Virus record (IMG/VR): IMGVR_UViG_3300019877_000002
Coordinates: 1-41,240 of that record
DNA length: 41,240 nt
Reading direction: 5' to 3' (one strand)
Origin: a virus
Lineage: Duplodnaviria > Caudoviricetes
Position 1 is the first letter of the stretch. Each line of letters begins with the position of its first letter. The translations under genes and the position numbers were made by a program. Shown piece after piece: positions 24,366-35,122 of this stretch. Below the pieces are notes generated by a model, which was given only the letters and a program-made list of their open reading frames with translations, was not told the DNA's origin and did no database searches.

Positions 24366-25997
24366 ATGCCCGCTGAGGCCGCCAAGGCCGCCAAGGTCGC
24401 CACTGCAGCCATTCCGTTTGGGCCAACCCTCGAGACGAGCTCTGAGGAAATTAGCGGCGGAAGCCCAGAGGCTTACAACGTCATCGCTGACGCTCGCGGA
24501 GTCATCCGAAAGCGCCCCGGCCTCGCCGCGTACACGGGTGTCGCTCCCGCTACTGCCGTCGACGCAGCGGGCGTGCTCGGGCTGTACCTGACCGAGCAGC
24601 GCGTCGCCCACACCACTGGCACCGCCGTGGTGAGCGGCACCCACGCAGGCGTCCTGTACGCCGTGGGGGCTACGGTCAACGCTTCGGGCGGCGGGCACAA
24701 TGCCGGCAGGAACGTCTACCGCATCGCGGGGGGCACGGCGACTCTCGTAGGGACGGGAGCGGCAAACGAGGATCGGCTATCCACGCCCGCAGCAATCGCC
24801 ACCACTCGGTTCCCTCGTCCAACGTTTGCAGAGACTGAGGCGTTGCTCGTCATCGCAGGCGGCGCGGAGATGGGCAAGGTGGACATTCGCCCAGAAACCT
24901 TCAGCGCGCCGAACTTCACTAACCCCAATCCCGACTACCACGAGATGAGCTTCCTCGGCGGCTGCCCGCCCCTGGCGTCTCACGTCTTCACCAACAGCTC
25001 CCGCATCTGCGCCAACGACACGCAGCTCGACCAGACCAAGGTCCGCTACTCGGACATTACGCAGGGCATCGTCAGCTTCGCGCCGCACGAGAGCTGGGAC
25101 CCGAGCCCGGGAGCGGCCGGCTTCTTCACGGCTGAGGCGCGCGCGGACAGCATCGTCGCCTGCGCCGAGAACACCAACGACATCTTCCTCTTCGGCAGGA
25201 CGAGCCTGCAGCTCTTCGCCCCGGACGGCTCGACGACGTTCGCGCCGAGCGTCACCAAGGAAGCGGGCTGCCTCGCCGCCTACAGCCCGGTCAAGGTCGA
25301 CGACGGCTATGTCTGGCTCGACCACCTGACGCGCGTCGTGTCGAGCGACGGCCGGCAGTGGAAGGACGTGGGCGGGGCTATCCAGGCGACGCTCGACCAG
25401 CTCACCACCCCGAGCGACTGCTACGGCTACCGCTACAGCGAGAGCTTCGCTGACTGCGTGGTGCTGCGCTTCGAGGCGGACCAGGAGACGCTCGTTCTGC
25501 AGCCCGGGGTCGGCTGGGCTCGCTGGGCGCTCTTCAGCGCCGCGGGCGACACGTTCACCATGTTCCCGGTGCTGAGTCACCACATGCGCCAGGACGGCGG
25601 CCTGAACGTCGTGGGGCTCTCGGACGGCACCATCTGCACGCTCAGTCTGGAGAACGAGACCGACCTCGGCAGCGCCATCGTCGCCTACGTCTCGACCGGG
25701 TTCGAGGACCGCGGCAGCGATTACCTGAAGCAGTCGATCGCGGTGTACCTGACGTTCAAGCGCACCCAGGCCTTGAGCGAGGGGGTCGTTTGCTACCTCG
25801 ACTACCGCGACGACTTGAGCAGCGAGTGGACGACCATCGATATCGACCTCGGCGTCGATGACGGCAACCTGGCCCCGACCATCCCCATTCGCACGCTCGG
25901 CACCTATCGCCGAAGGCAGTGGCGGTTCCGGTTCCCGGACGCGGCGGGCTTGTTCCTGGTGCGAGCCGTCGAGCAGTTCCTAACCCTGGACGTGTGA
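24366..25997 (+). CDS. Tail nozzle / DNA stabilisation protein (P22 gp10-like); start uncertain
   Basis: IRKRPGL...FFTAEARADSIV...GCLAAYS...LGTYRRRQWRFR; beta-propeller-like. Confidence 0.75.
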   Translation: MPAEAAKAAKVATAAIPFGPTLETSSEEISGGSPEAYNVIADARGVIRKRPGLAAYTGVAPATAVDAAGVLGLYLTEQRVAHTTGTAVVSGTHAGVLYAVGATVNASGGGHNAGRNVYRIAGGTATLVGTGAANEDRLSTPAAIATTRFPRPTFAETEALLVIAGGAEMGKVDIRPETFSAPNFTNPNPDYHEMSFLGGCPPLASHVFTNSSRICANDTQLDQTKVRYSDITQGIVSFAPHESWDPSPGAAGFFTAEARADSIVACAENTNDIFLFGRTSLQLFAPDGSTTFAPSVTKEAGCLAAYSPVKVDDGYVWLDHLTRVVSSDGRQWKDVGGAIQATLDQLTTPSDCYGYRYSESFADCVVLRFEADQETLVLQPGVGWARWALFSAAGDTFTMFPVLSHHMRQDGGLNVVGLSDGTICTLSLENETDLGSAIVAYVSTGFEDRGSDYLKQSIAVYLTFKRTQALSEGVVCYLDYRDDLSSEWTTIDIDLGVDDGNLAPTIPIRTLGTYRRRQWRFRFPDAAGLFLVRAVEQFLTLDV

Positions 25998-26003
25998 GGC
26001 ACC

Positions 26004-27131
26004 GTGGCAGCTCGAGATGATGACTTTCTAGGCGACGGCACGGTCGACCCGTTCACGGGCTTGGCCCCCGCTCTCACTCCCGAGGAGGAGCAGCGGCAGA
26101 TTGACGCTCGGCATGCGCAAGCTCGCGCCGACGCCACCCGCACCGCCAACACCAACTACGCCTCGAACCGGGGCGGGCCCGACTACTCGTCGATGTCCGT
26201 CGCTCAACTGCTCAGCCGCAAGGCGGCGGGCGACCCGCTCATCAGCCAGGCGATGGTCGACTCGGCGCGGAAGCTCGAGCGGCAGAACCATCGGGCGATG
26301 AACACGGGGGGTTACAAGGCTCTCACCTACGGCATCCTCGCGGCGCCCGCTGCCATCACCGGTGGAGCCGCGGCCTTCGGCGGGCCAGAGGCTCTGGGCT
26401 TTGGTGCCGGGACGGGCTCCATCGCGGCAGGCGACGCGGGCACTGCCGCGGCAGAATCGGCGGCAGCGTCAGCGGAGCCCGCCGTACAGGTCGCCAACGG
26501 GGCGACAGGGCTAGCCCAGGCGGGGCCTGGCTTCTCTCAGGAAGCCGCAAACGCCTACAACGCAGCGAACGCAGCTGGGGCGGCTGCTCCGGCAGCGGGG
26601 GCAGCGCCGGCAGCTCCTGGTGCGGCGCCCTCGTGGCTTGCCGAGGGCGGCAAGCTCGGCGGCAAGCTCGCGACCGCTGCGGCGCCGTTCCTCATCCAGG
26701 CGGCCTTGGGCGGCAAGACCAAGGAAGAGAAGGCGCTCATCGCCAAGCAGGAGCAGCTCGCCCAGGAGGCCAAGGTCCGCCAGGGCCAGCAGCAGGACGC
26801 GCGAATGAACCAGCTCGGCCAGCAGTTGCTCGCCTTCAACCCGAGCAACCAGCTGATGGCGAAGATGTACGGACCCGACGCGGCGTTTCAGCCCGAGCAG
26901 ATGGCGGCGATGGCCCAGGGTCAGGCGCCCGCCAACGACCCCGACATCGCTAACTACACCGGTACCGACCAGGCGAAGCTGCGGGCCAAGCGCGAGCAGA
27001 TTCGCAGGCAGAACGAATACGACGCCGCCGAGGCCGCGCGCCGCGACATGCTCATGAGCGGCGTCCAGAGGCCTGGTCCCGGGCCCACTCCGATCCAGAT
27101 GTCCGCCCCGCAGGCGGCGAGGAGATACTGA
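26004..27131 (+). CDS. Internal virion/ejection protein
   Basis: Ala/Gly/Gln-rich; downstream of the nozzle gene. Confidence 0.55.
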   Translation: MAARDDDFLGDGTVDPFTGLAPALTPEEEQRQIDARHAQARADATRTANTNYASNRGGPDYSSMSVAQLLSRKAAGDPLISQAMVDSARKLERQNHRAMNTGGYKALTYGILAAPAAITGGAAAFGGPEALGFGAGTGSIAAGDAGTAAAESAAASAEPAVQVANGATGLAQAGPGFSQEAANAYNAANAAGAAAPAAGAAPAAPGAAPSWLAEGGKLGGKLATAAAPFLIQAALGGKTKEEKALIAKQEQLAQEAKVRQGQQQDARMNQLGQQLLAFNPSNQLMAKMYGPDAAFQPEQMAAMAQGQAPANDPDIANYTGTDQAKLRAKREQIRRQNEYDAAEAARRDMLMSGVQRPGPGPTPIQMSAPQAARRY

Positions 27132-28729
27132 TGGCGACCTCCGGCGCGCAATTCACGAGGCCCGCCCTGACGAACCCGGCGGCGGCGTTCTCCGTCCCGG
27201 GTTTCAGCCAGTCGACGATGCCGTCGGGCCTCAAGCCGCCATCGCCCTTGAAGCCGCTCGCCACCACCGACCAGACGAATCCCGGCTACGGCGAGCAGGC
27301 CCTGAACCTGACGCAGAACCGCCTGCTCGAGGACCCGTTCGCCGCCACGCAGGCCAACCTCGCCGGCCAAGCAGGGACGCCGAGCGCCGGGCAGAACTAC
27401 ATGAACCAGAACCTCGGCTCGCTCGACGGCCCGGGTCAGGGTGAGCAGTACTGGAACCAGCAGTCGGGACAGTTCCAGGACCCGTTCGCGGGCGAGCAGT
27501 ACGCCCGCCAATCGACGGCGGGCTACTCGCCCGCCGGAGCCGCCAGCGCGTTCAACACGCAGGCACAGGGCCAGTACAACGACTTCACCGGCTATACGGG
27601 CCCCGGCAACGCGCAGGGCCAGTACGGGCAGAGCCAGGGGCTAATCGGCAACGGCACCCAGGGCCAGAACAACATGGCCGACATCGCCAGCGGCTACGGC
27701 GACAACGGCCAGTACACGGGAGCGAACCTGGCGGCGGGGCAATACTCCCAGACCCAGGGGGCGTTCGGCGACATGCCGCTACCGGACTCCGCCGACCCCT
27801 ACTACGATCGGGCTATCCAGCTCGGCACCCAGACCTACAACCAGGGCGCGGCGGGGCGCGGCGTGTACGGTTCGAGCGAGGCCCTGTCGGGCGTCGGCAA
27901 CGTCATCACTGACTTGAACGCCAAGCGCGCTCAGACCGCGTTCGGTAACCAGATGGCCATCACCCAGGAGCAGCGCGCCCGCCAAGAGCTGCTCGGCAAC
28001 CAAGCGCGCATGGGCGACCTGTCGGGCACTGACGCCTTCGCCGCCAACATGAAGGGCGTCGAGACATACGGCAACCTGAACAACCAGATGGGCCAGCTGC
28101 AGAACCAGAGCGTGGACATCCTGGGTAACCAGGCCAACGCCGCCGACACGCAGGCGACCAACGCACAGAACAGCAACATCGCCGGGCTCAACGCTCTGAG
28201 CTCGGCCGCCAACAACGCCGACACGGCCGAGTCCCGCCGCTACGAGGGTAGCAACACCGCAATGAACAACGCCGACCGCACCCAGATTGACCGGGTGAGG
28301 GCGGGCGCGGACATCGCCGACATGGCGGACGACAACGCGCGGGCGGACTACGACTCCTCGAACAGCGCCGCCAACACGGCCAACGACAACCGCGACCAGA
28401 GCCTCGCCACGTCGAGCAACATCGCGCACACGGGCTCGCAGGATGACCTGAACCGCATCACCTCCCTCGACAACACGGCGCAGGGCGCCGAGAACCAGCG
28501 CCAGACGCGCTCGCAAGCGAACCTCGACAATCTGTTCAGGCGCGACAAGGTGGTCGCCGACATGGTCGGCAAGGCCATGGAGGGCATGAACGCCGCCGCC
28601 CAGACGGACTTCGAGAACTGGGCCACCGCGGAGCTGGCCCCGATCATGAACGACGCCAACCTGAGCGCGCAGGAAAAGCAGGCCAAAATCAATGCCCTGA
28701 TTGAGGGCTACCGACAGGTCGCGAGCTAA
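27131..28729 (+). CDS. Internal virion/ejection (DNA transfer) protein
   Basis: Q/N/G/A-rich; AAGRGVYGSS motif; TGATG coupling. Confidence 0.6.
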   Translation: MATSGAQFTRPALTNPAAAFSVPGFSQSTMPSGLKPPSPLKPLATTDQTNPGYGEQALNLTQNRLLEDPFAATQANLAGQAGTPSAGQNYMNQNLGSLDGPGQGEQYWNQQSGQFQDPFAGEQYARQSTAGYSPAGAASAFNTQAQGQYNDFTGYTGPGNAQGQYGQSQGLIGNGTQGQNNMADIASGYGDNGQYTGANLAAGQYSQTQGAFGDMPLPDSADPYYDRAIQLGTQTYNQGAAGRGVYGSSEALSGVGNVITDLNAKRAQTAFGNQMAITQEQRARQELLGNQARMGDLSGTDAFAANMKGVETYGNLNNQMGQLQNQSVDILGNQANAADTQATNAQNSNIAGLNALSSAANNADTAESRRYEGSNTAMNNADRTQIDRVRAGADIADMADDNARADYDSSNSAANTANDNRDQSLATSSNIAHTGSQDDLNRITSLDNTAQGAENQRQTRSQANLDNLFRRDKVVADMVGKAMEGMNAAAQTDFENWATAELAPIMNDANLSAQEKQAKINALIEGYRQVAS

Positions 28730-30939
28730 TGGCGCTCCAGCTCCAAGACATGCTGATGCGGCTGCAGCCGCTCTCTCCGCTCAGCCCGGCGGGTAGCGGC
28801 TCAGACAAGTCGCTCGAGCGCAAGCGCTTGCAGCTAATGCGCGAGCAGTTCGAAGAGACCAAGCGGCAGAACGCGGAGGACAAGAAGCTCCAGTACGCCC
28901 AGGAGCAGGGCCGCATGGCCCGCGAGAAGATGCAACAGGACCGGCTCGCCGCAGAGGCCCAGGCCAAGCAGGCGGCGGAGCTACAGGACAAGCAGAACGC
29001 CACGCTCACCGAGTTCACCAAGCTCGCGGGCAGCGGCGACGTGCAGGGCGCGCACGCCATGGTTCCGTTGCTGAGCCGAATGGGCGTGCCCGTCTCGCTC
29101 GAGGGGGAGCAGAACGGGCTGCCTCGCTACCGCATCGGCCCCGACCCGGAGGAGGCGGCTCGCGGTGCTGGCGCCATCGGCTACCCCACGGACGACACGG
29201 GCACGCTCGATGAGCCCATGGGTATCGGGTCCTCTGCCGACATGACTCCCGAGCAGATTGCGCGTGTCACCGGCGGCGGCACCGAGCAGCGAGCGGCGAC
29301 CGAGCAGGCCGTCGCGCAAGAGCCGCTCGCCGTCGAGCCCGACATGGGGCCGCCCGCGGCAGACGCCGACACCGACCTGAATCCCATCAAGCCCGAGTTC
29401 CAGAGGGCAGCCCAGGCACTCGACCCGCTCGCGTCGATGCGGCCGAGCTCGCTCGGCCCGAAGCCTGCGGCGGAGCCCGACTACACCGGCGCCGTTCCCA
29501 GGAACGTCATCGACATGGGCGCCATGCACGCGCAGACCCTCGCGTCGCTCGACCCGGCGCTCAAGAGCGTGGTCGCGTCGTACCCGGAGGCTTTCCGTGA
29601 GAGCGCTGGGCAGACGGCGGAAGCCGTGAAGAGCCTGCCGCTCGGCTCGGTCAAGGGCCTCGACATGATGAAATCTCTGCGTTCGAGCCCCGACTCGATC
29701 ATCAACGCCCAGGTCGCCGCCGACGCGCAGAAGGGGCAGAGCGACGTCAAGGCGCAGGGCCTGGCCGACAAGGAATCGAACCGCCGCCACGAGCGCGGGT
29801 TCAGCATCGTCGGCAAAGAGGCGGGCAACAAGTACCAGATGGATGACCTGCTCGACCGCCGACGCACGCGCGAGCTCGGCCTCTACGTGCTCACCAACAA
29901 GGACAGCAAAGGCAACTACGACGTCGGGGATGACCACCTGGCCGGCGCTCAAATCTCACGCATGATGGGCGAGCGCGGCTCCACGACGGAGCCGGATATC
30001 CAGCGCGTGCTCGGCGACTCTGCCGTGAGCTTCATCCAGAGCATCAAGCGCGGCGCATACAAAGAGGCCTTCGGCGGCCTCGAGCCGGCCCAGCGCGCCA
30101 CCTTGGTCAAGCTCCTGAGCGAATCCGTTGCCGCGGACAAGCGCAAGGCCTTCGAGTTCATGGACAACCTGGAGAGCTTGGCGGCCGAGCCAGACACGGA
30201 CCCGGACACCGCCCATGGCATGCGCGATTACATCCGGATTGCCGTGCCCAAGGACTGGCGCGACGAGTACGCCGCTTCGAAGAAGAAGAAGGCCGCGCCC
30301 GGGGCCTCCCCGGCAGCCTCAGAAGCGAAGCCCTTCAACATGGAGCAGGACGCCAACCAGGAATTTGGCCGCACCTCTGCTGCGGTTGACGGTGACTTCG
30401 ACACCGAGCTGAAGCGGCAGGCGGACGAGGCGGGCCTCAATTATGCGGCCCTGAAGCATGTGATGACCTCGCCGGTCGAGAGCGGGGGCAATGCGGCAGC
30501 GGTCAACCCGAAGAGCGGCGCAACTGGGCTCATCCAGTTCATGCCCAGCATCGCCAAGGGCCTGGGCACCTCGACCGAGGAGCTCAAGAAGATGAGCCCG
30601 ACAGAGCAGATCCAGTACGCCATCAAGTACTACAAAGACCGCGGCATGAACGCCGAGCACGACGCGGAGGACTACTACGTAGTGACGGCCGCGGGCGCGA
30701 CGAAGGACGGCAAGCCCGTGTTCGTGGGCAAGCCCGACGGCACGGTGGTCTACAAGAAGGACTCCGCGGGCTGGCGAGACAACCCGCTCTGGCGCCCCGC
30801 CGACGATGGCGATATCACGGTCGGCGGCCTGAAGCGCTACAGCCGAAGCGGCAGGGCCACGGAGAAGGCCGCCACTGCCGCAGCGGTCGACCCGAAGACT
30901 AGGCTCGCCGAGCTGCGCAAAAAGAAAGCGGAGGGCTGA
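28729..30939 (+). CDS. Internal virion protein with a C-terminal lytic transglycosylase (SLT) domain
   Basis: VESGGNAAAVNPKSGATGLIQFMPSIA. Confidence 0.85.
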   Translation: MALQLQDMLMRLQPLSPLSPAGSGSDKSLERKRLQLMREQFEETKRQNAEDKKLQYAQEQGRMAREKMQQDRLAAEAQAKQAAELQDKQNATLTEFTKLAGSGDVQGAHAMVPLLSRMGVPVSLEGEQNGLPRYRIGPDPEEAARGAGAIGYPTDDTGTLDEPMGIGSSADMTPEQIARVTGGGTEQRAATEQAVAQEPLAVEPDMGPPAADADTDLNPIKPEFQRAAQALDPLASMRPSSLGPKPAAEPDYTGAVPRNVIDMGAMHAQTLASLDPALKSVVASYPEAFRESAGQTAEAVKSLPLGSVKGLDMMKSLRSSPDSIINAQVAADAQKGQSDVKAQGLADKESNRRHERGFSIVGKEAGNKYQMDDLLDRRRTRELGLYVLTNKDSKGNYDVGDDHLAGAQISRMMGERGSTTEPDIQRVLGDSAVSFIQSIKRGAYKEAFGGLEPAQRATLVKLLSESVAADKRKAFEFMDNLESLAAEPDTDPDTAHGMRDYIRIAVPKDWRDEYAASKKKKAAPGASPAASEAKPFNMEQDANQEFGRTSAAVDGDFDTELKRQADEAGLNYAALKHVMTSPVESGGNAAAVNPKSGATGLIQFMPSIAKGLGTSTEELKKMSPTEQIQYAIKYYKDRGMNAEHDAEDYYVVTAAGATKDGKPVFVGKPDGTVVYKKDSAGWRDNPLWRPADDGDITVGGLKRYSRSGRATEKAATAAAVDPKTRLAELRKKKAEG

Positions 30940-33306
30940 GTGGCTCTCACCCCAGAAGAGCAAGCTGAGCTCGACGAGCTCGAGAAGACGCACGGGGCGT
31001 CACTCGACGCCGCGACCTCGCCCCCACCATCACCAGACCAGGCCGTGGCGGACACTCTGCCCACGACCAACGAGGCGGACAGCTGGATTCGCCGTCCGTC
31101 CGCGCCGGGCAAAGGCGACCGCACGGTCGTGTACGAGCCCCCGCTGCAGTTCGTGCAGAAGGCGCTCGCGGAGAACCCGGACCGGGCCGCCGCGCTCCTG
31201 CCGGACACCTACATCCCCGAGCAAGGGCTCACCCTCTCGCCCGAGGCCATCGCGGGGCTCACCAAGGACTCCCCTCTCTACCAGGCCTACGCCAACGACC
31301 TCTGGGAGCAGGCGGCGACGAAGGCCACAAAGGAAGGCAAGACCGCCTACCGCTATAGCCGCGCGCCCATCTTCCAGGGAGGCGCCGCGGGGCTCGGGCC
31401 CCTCGACACCCTGGGCATGAAGATGGACGGGCTCGCGGGCGACATCCTCAGCTCAGCCGAGTCGGTCGTCCTCGGCGCCGACACCACGATGACGCTCGGC
31501 CTCGGCGGGCGCCTCATCGATGCCAACGCTCGGCAGGCAGCCAACGCCGGCAACGTCGCGCAGGCGGCGAGCGTGGGGAGCCAGATGGAGCCCCTGGCCG
31601 CGCTCTCGGGCCCTCTCGACCGCCTCATCGGGCCCGACATCAAGCGGTCGGCAGCGAACGAGCCCAGCACCGAAACGGTGGGCCAGGGCGACACCAGCCG
31701 TGAGCAAATCATGGCGGAGCACCCCTGGCTGTCGGGGGGCGGGGCGGTCCTCGGCGCACTGAACCCCATCGGGGCGACCGGCGCAATCTATGGCGGCGCG
31801 GCCAGGCTTGCCCGTCCGCTCGCGGGTGCTGCGCCCGGCGTCCTGCGCAGCGCGCTCGTGTCTGGCGCAGCAGCGGGCGGGGCGGGCCTCGCCGAGCAAG
31901 GCGGCCGCGAAGTCGTGGGCGCAGGCATGAACGCGGCGCGGGACGGCAAGGCTCCCGAGTTTGAGCCGGGCGCCAGCGACCGCATGAAGATTGCTGCAGC
32001 CCTCGGACTCGGCACGGGCGTAGCCGCTGACGTCGGGGGCGCCGCCATGAACGGCACCTCGCAGTGGATCACATCCCCTGGCGGGCTACTCAGTGGGCTG
32101 CCGGAGGAGTTCGAGCGTGCCGGCGGCACCCTCACGAGTAGCGGGCCCAAGGCGCCAGCCGAGCTCGATGAAGTGGTGGAGCGCGCCCGCGCCCGCGGCG
32201 ACACCTCCGTCGACACCCACGCGCTCGACCTGAAGCCCACCATCGAGGCCTCGACGAAGGCCAACAAGGAGGCGACGACCCTGCAGGTCCAGAAGGCGGA
32301 GCACGCCTTCTTCCCCACCCGCGAGGGGCAGCAATTGCTGCCCGACACGGAGGTCGTGGGCACGCAACTGAAGCTGTTGCGCTCGCAGCACGCGGAGAGC
32401 CAGGTCATCGGCGCCGGCAAGCCTGCCGCCAATTGGACACGCGAGCAGTTCAACAACGAGCTGTCGGGCGTGTCCACGGCGAAGACCGAGGGAGCCCACG
32501 AGCTATCGGTAGACGAGGCCGAGAACTTCCTCGGCCCAACCTGGAAAAGGGACCTCCTCGAGCAGACGGCCCCCAAGGGCGCCAAGCCCACATCGAGCGG
32601 CGCGCGCGAGATCGACCTGGACGCGCCGGCTGCGGCAGAAGATGAACCCTTTGCGCAGACCCTAAAGCGGCGCGGCGTCGACAAGGTCTACGTGTCGCCC
32701 CGGCGTTACACCGCCGAGCAGCACGAGCGGCTCATCAAGACGTACCAGCAGCTGAAGGACTCGACGGACCCGGACGTTCGCGACGCGCAGAAGCTCTACT
32801 ACGCCGCCCTCAAAGACCGAGACGCCCGCCCCATGAATGGTGAGGCCGGCGGCTGGTCCAAGAAACAGAACGAGCACTCGCGGCTCATCGGTGCCGCCAA
32901 AGACGAGATGTCCCGGGCCGCCCCCGGCGGCGACGCCTTCCAGCCGCTCGTGCAATACGCGCACGTCGGCAGCGGCCAGGCCGAGGCCTCCAATGCCCTG
33001 CGCGACGCAGCGGTGCGCTCGGGCTCTCTCGGGCAGCTCGAACAGCAGCGCGTGCTCGGCATGCTCGACCGATTGAACGAGGTCTCCAACCTCGGCGGTA
33101 TCCGGCAAGGGCACCTGCCCTTCTCACCGGGGCGCGTCTTCCAGTCCGGAGCGCTCCGGAGCGTGCCCACACTGCGCAAATACGGCGACGCCGCCACCAG
33201 CCCCTTGCGCGGCGGACGCGGCGGGCTCGCCGGCAGCATGCTGAACCTCGTCGGCACGAGCCTCGATGACCAGCCGGACGCGATTGAGCGGGACGCAAAG
33301 CAATGA
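30940..33306 (+). CDS. Large internal virion/ejection protein
   Basis: MALTPEEQAELDEL start; Gly/Ala-rich hydrophobic segments. Confidence 0.6.
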   Translation: MALTPEEQAELDELEKTHGASLDAATSPPPSPDQAVADTLPTTNEADSWIRRPSAPGKGDRTVVYEPPLQFVQKALAENPDRAAALLPDTYIPEQGLTLSPEAIAGLTKDSPLYQAYANDLWEQAATKATKEGKTAYRYSRAPIFQGGAAGLGPLDTLGMKMDGLAGDILSSAESVVLGADTTMTLGLGGRLIDANARQAANAGNVAQAASVGSQMEPLAALSGPLDRLIGPDIKRSAANEPSTETVGQGDTSREQIMAEHPWLSGGGAVLGALNPIGATGAIYGGAARLARPLAGAAPGVLRSALVSGAAAGGAGLAEQGGREVVGAGMNAARDGKAPEFEPGASDRMKIAAALGLGTGVAADVGGAAMNGTSQWITSPGGLLSGLPEEFERAGGTLTSSGPKAPAELDEVVERARARGDTSVDTHALDLKPTIEASTKANKEATTLQVQKAEHAFFPTREGQQLLPDTEVVGTQLKLLRSQHAESQVIGAGKPAANWTREQFNNELSGVSTAKTEGAHELSVDEAENFLGPTWKRDLLEQTAPKGAKPTSSGAREIDLDAPAAAEDEPFAQTLKRRGVDKVYVSPRRYTAEQHERLIKTYQQLKDSTDPDVRDAQKLYYAALKDRDARPMNGEAGGWSKKQNEHSRLIGAAKDEMSRAAPGGDAFQPLVQYAHVGSGQAEASNALRDAAVRSGSLGQLEQQRVLGMLDRLNEVSNLGGIRQGHLPFSPGRVFQSGALRSVPTLRKYGDAATSPLRGGRGGLAGSMLNLVGTSLDDQPDAIERDAKQ

Positions 33307-33328
33307 TTGAACGGAAGGCAAAGTAAAC

Positions 33329-33748
33329 ATGGGCGCTCTGAAAACCCGCATCCCCTTCAAGGCCACGCAGACCGCAGACGGCACGGGCCTACCTGCGCCC
33401 GCCGAGGCGGTCGTGCTCTTCAACTCGGTCACCGCGATGGGCGCGCGCAACCTGCAGAACGTCGCCGATTTTTACTGGTTCACGTACTCGATCACCCCGG
33501 TCACCAACGCCACCGGCAACAGCGTGACGGCGCAGTACTCCATCGACGGCGGCGCCAACTGGGTGGAGTTCTACGCCTCGCTGACGAACGAACCCGTCGG
33601 CGACTCGACAACCTTCACTGACGAAATCTTCATCGGTCCCTACGCGGATGTGCGGGTGAAGTTCACCAACGGCGCGCTCCGGCAAGTTGCGCCCTTCAAC
33701 GTCAATATGAGCCTCGATTCTGAGGACCGCACCTCGGCAGGAGTGTAA
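33329..33748 (+). CDS. Virion structural protein (beta-sandwich)
   Basis: QYSIDGGANW motif; lies in the tail region. Confidence 0.6.
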   Translation: MGALKTRIPFKATQTADGTGLPAPAEAVVLFNSVTAMGARNLQNVADFYWFTYSITPVTNATGNSVTAQYSIDGGANWVEFYASLTNEPVGDSTTFTDEIFIGPYADVRVKFTNGALRQVAPFNVNMSLDSEDRTSAGV

Positions 33749-34488
33749 TGGGCGGAGCACGCGGCAGCTTCAAGGGTAGCCTCTTCAACCAGGTGTTGCA
33801 GTTGGGCACGGTCTCGGCGTGGCTGCGAAACGACACAGTCGGCGCAGTCTCGTCGGTGCGGGACGTGCTCAACGGAGCGAACCCGGCCACGGCGAGCGGC
33901 ACCAATAGGCCGACGGGTAACGCCGACGGAAGCATGACGTTCGCCAGCCCGAACGATCTCACCTGGGCCGTTGCGGCGAACAACTCAGCGACCGTGAGGT
34001 TTGGCTTCTTCGCGTGGGTCAAACCCACGTCCTTCGCAGTGCAGTCGCTCATATTCTGCCTGCGCCCGGCCGGGGCGGATCAGTACTCTATTGGGTTCGA
34101 CACCAACGGCACTTTCTTTATGCAGATTTGGTCGAGTGCCGGCGTGCAGCGCCTAGCGATCTCGACGAGGGTGTTTGTTGCCGGCACCAAATACCCGCTG
34201 TCTTTCGAGTACGACGGCGGGCAGACCCTCGAGGCGGACAAGTGCTATCTCAACATGGGCAGCGGCAAAGAGGCGCTCAATTTCAGCGCCGACACCGCCA
34301 TGCCCGCAGTTACTAAAACACCGACCGTCTCGATCTCCATCGGCGCCTTTAGCACCGCGGGCACGCAACCTTTCGTGGGCGACATGGCGCGCAACATCTT
34401 CGCGCTACAGGGCCCGGGCGGCATAAGCGGCGGCGGCCTGCTCACTACCACCGAGCGCGCGATCCTCACCGCATTCGAGCCGCTCTAA
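33748..34488 (+). CDS. ConA/LamG-like lectin domain protein
   Basis: FFAWVKP...SFEYDG...ISIGA...FVGDM. Confidence 0.7.
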   Translation: MGGARGSFKGSLFNQVLQLGTVSAWLRNDTVGAVSSVRDVLNGANPATASGTNRPTGNADGSMTFASPNDLTWAVAANNSATVRFGFFAWVKPTSFAVQSLIFCLRPAGADQYSIGFDTNGTFFMQIWSSAGVQRLAISTRVFVAGTKYPLSFEYDGGQTLEADKCYLNMGSGKEALNFSADTAMPAVTKTPTVSISIGAFSTAGTQPFVGDMARNIFALQGPGGISGGGLLTTTERAILTAFEPL

Positions 34489-34497
34489 AGGACCCTG

Positions 34498-34674
34498 ATG
34501 GCCTCACGACGCAAACCCTACACGCCCAGGGGCAAGCCCCGCCGCCGCTCGGCTGCGCAGCTCTTCAACGAGTTCATCAAGGACCTGCTCTCGGGCACCA
34601 TCCAGGCAACCAAGCTCGTCGAGAAGCGGAACAACAAGCGGGTCGAGCTCGCCTACGACGACCCGAACGGATGA
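34498..34674 (+). CDS. 58-aa basic protein (not in the ORF track)
   Basis: AAGGA SD; MASRRKPYTPRGKPRRRS... Confidence 0.55.
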   Translation: MASRRKPYTPRGKPRRRSAAQLFNEFIKDLLSGTIQATKLVEKRNNKRVELAYDDPNG

Positions 34675-34678
34675 CACC

Positions 34679-35122
34679 ATGACACTCAGCATCTCCACCA
34701 GCGCGCGCTCCGCCATGCTCGACGGCTTTGAAGCTTTCATGGTCGTCGGCGCGAGCCAGGCCACGCTCACCGTCTACCAGAGCAACACGGCCCTGTGCGT
34801 CTTCAACCTCGGAGTGTCGAGCACGGGCACCCCCTTTGCGACCGCCGTGTCGGGCAGCCTGTCGCTCAGCTCGACCCTCTCGACCCCGCTCTCCAGCACG
34901 GGCACCGCTGTTGCGGGCACCGCCAACCGCTTCGTCATCGTCGGGCAGACGAGCGGTGCGACCGCGCTCACCGGCAGTATCAGCTTGGTCGGCGGCGGCG
35001 GCGACATCGAGACGCCGAGCCTCACTGTCACGGCCGCGACCACGCAGACCTTGAACGCGCTCGTGTTGCGCATGGCCTCGTCGGGCCTGCTCAGTCTCGA
35101 AGGGAGCCTCACACTCGCATGA
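34679..35122 (+). CDS. Tail fibre-associated small protein (paralog A)
   Basis: ARSAMLD...TALCVFNL...TPFATAVSG. Confidence 0.65.
   Translation: MTLSISTSARSAMLDGFEAFMVVGASQATLTVYQSNTALCVFNLGVSSTGTPFATAVSGSLSLSSTLSTPLSSTGTAVAGTANRFVIVGQTSGATALTGSISLVGGGGDIETPSLTVTAATTQTLNALVLRMASSGLLSLEGSLTLA

Noticed and set aside
24302-24376. 24-aa TGATG-coupled mini-ORF between adaptor and nozzle genes
   Set aside because: No compositional or motif support; may be chance
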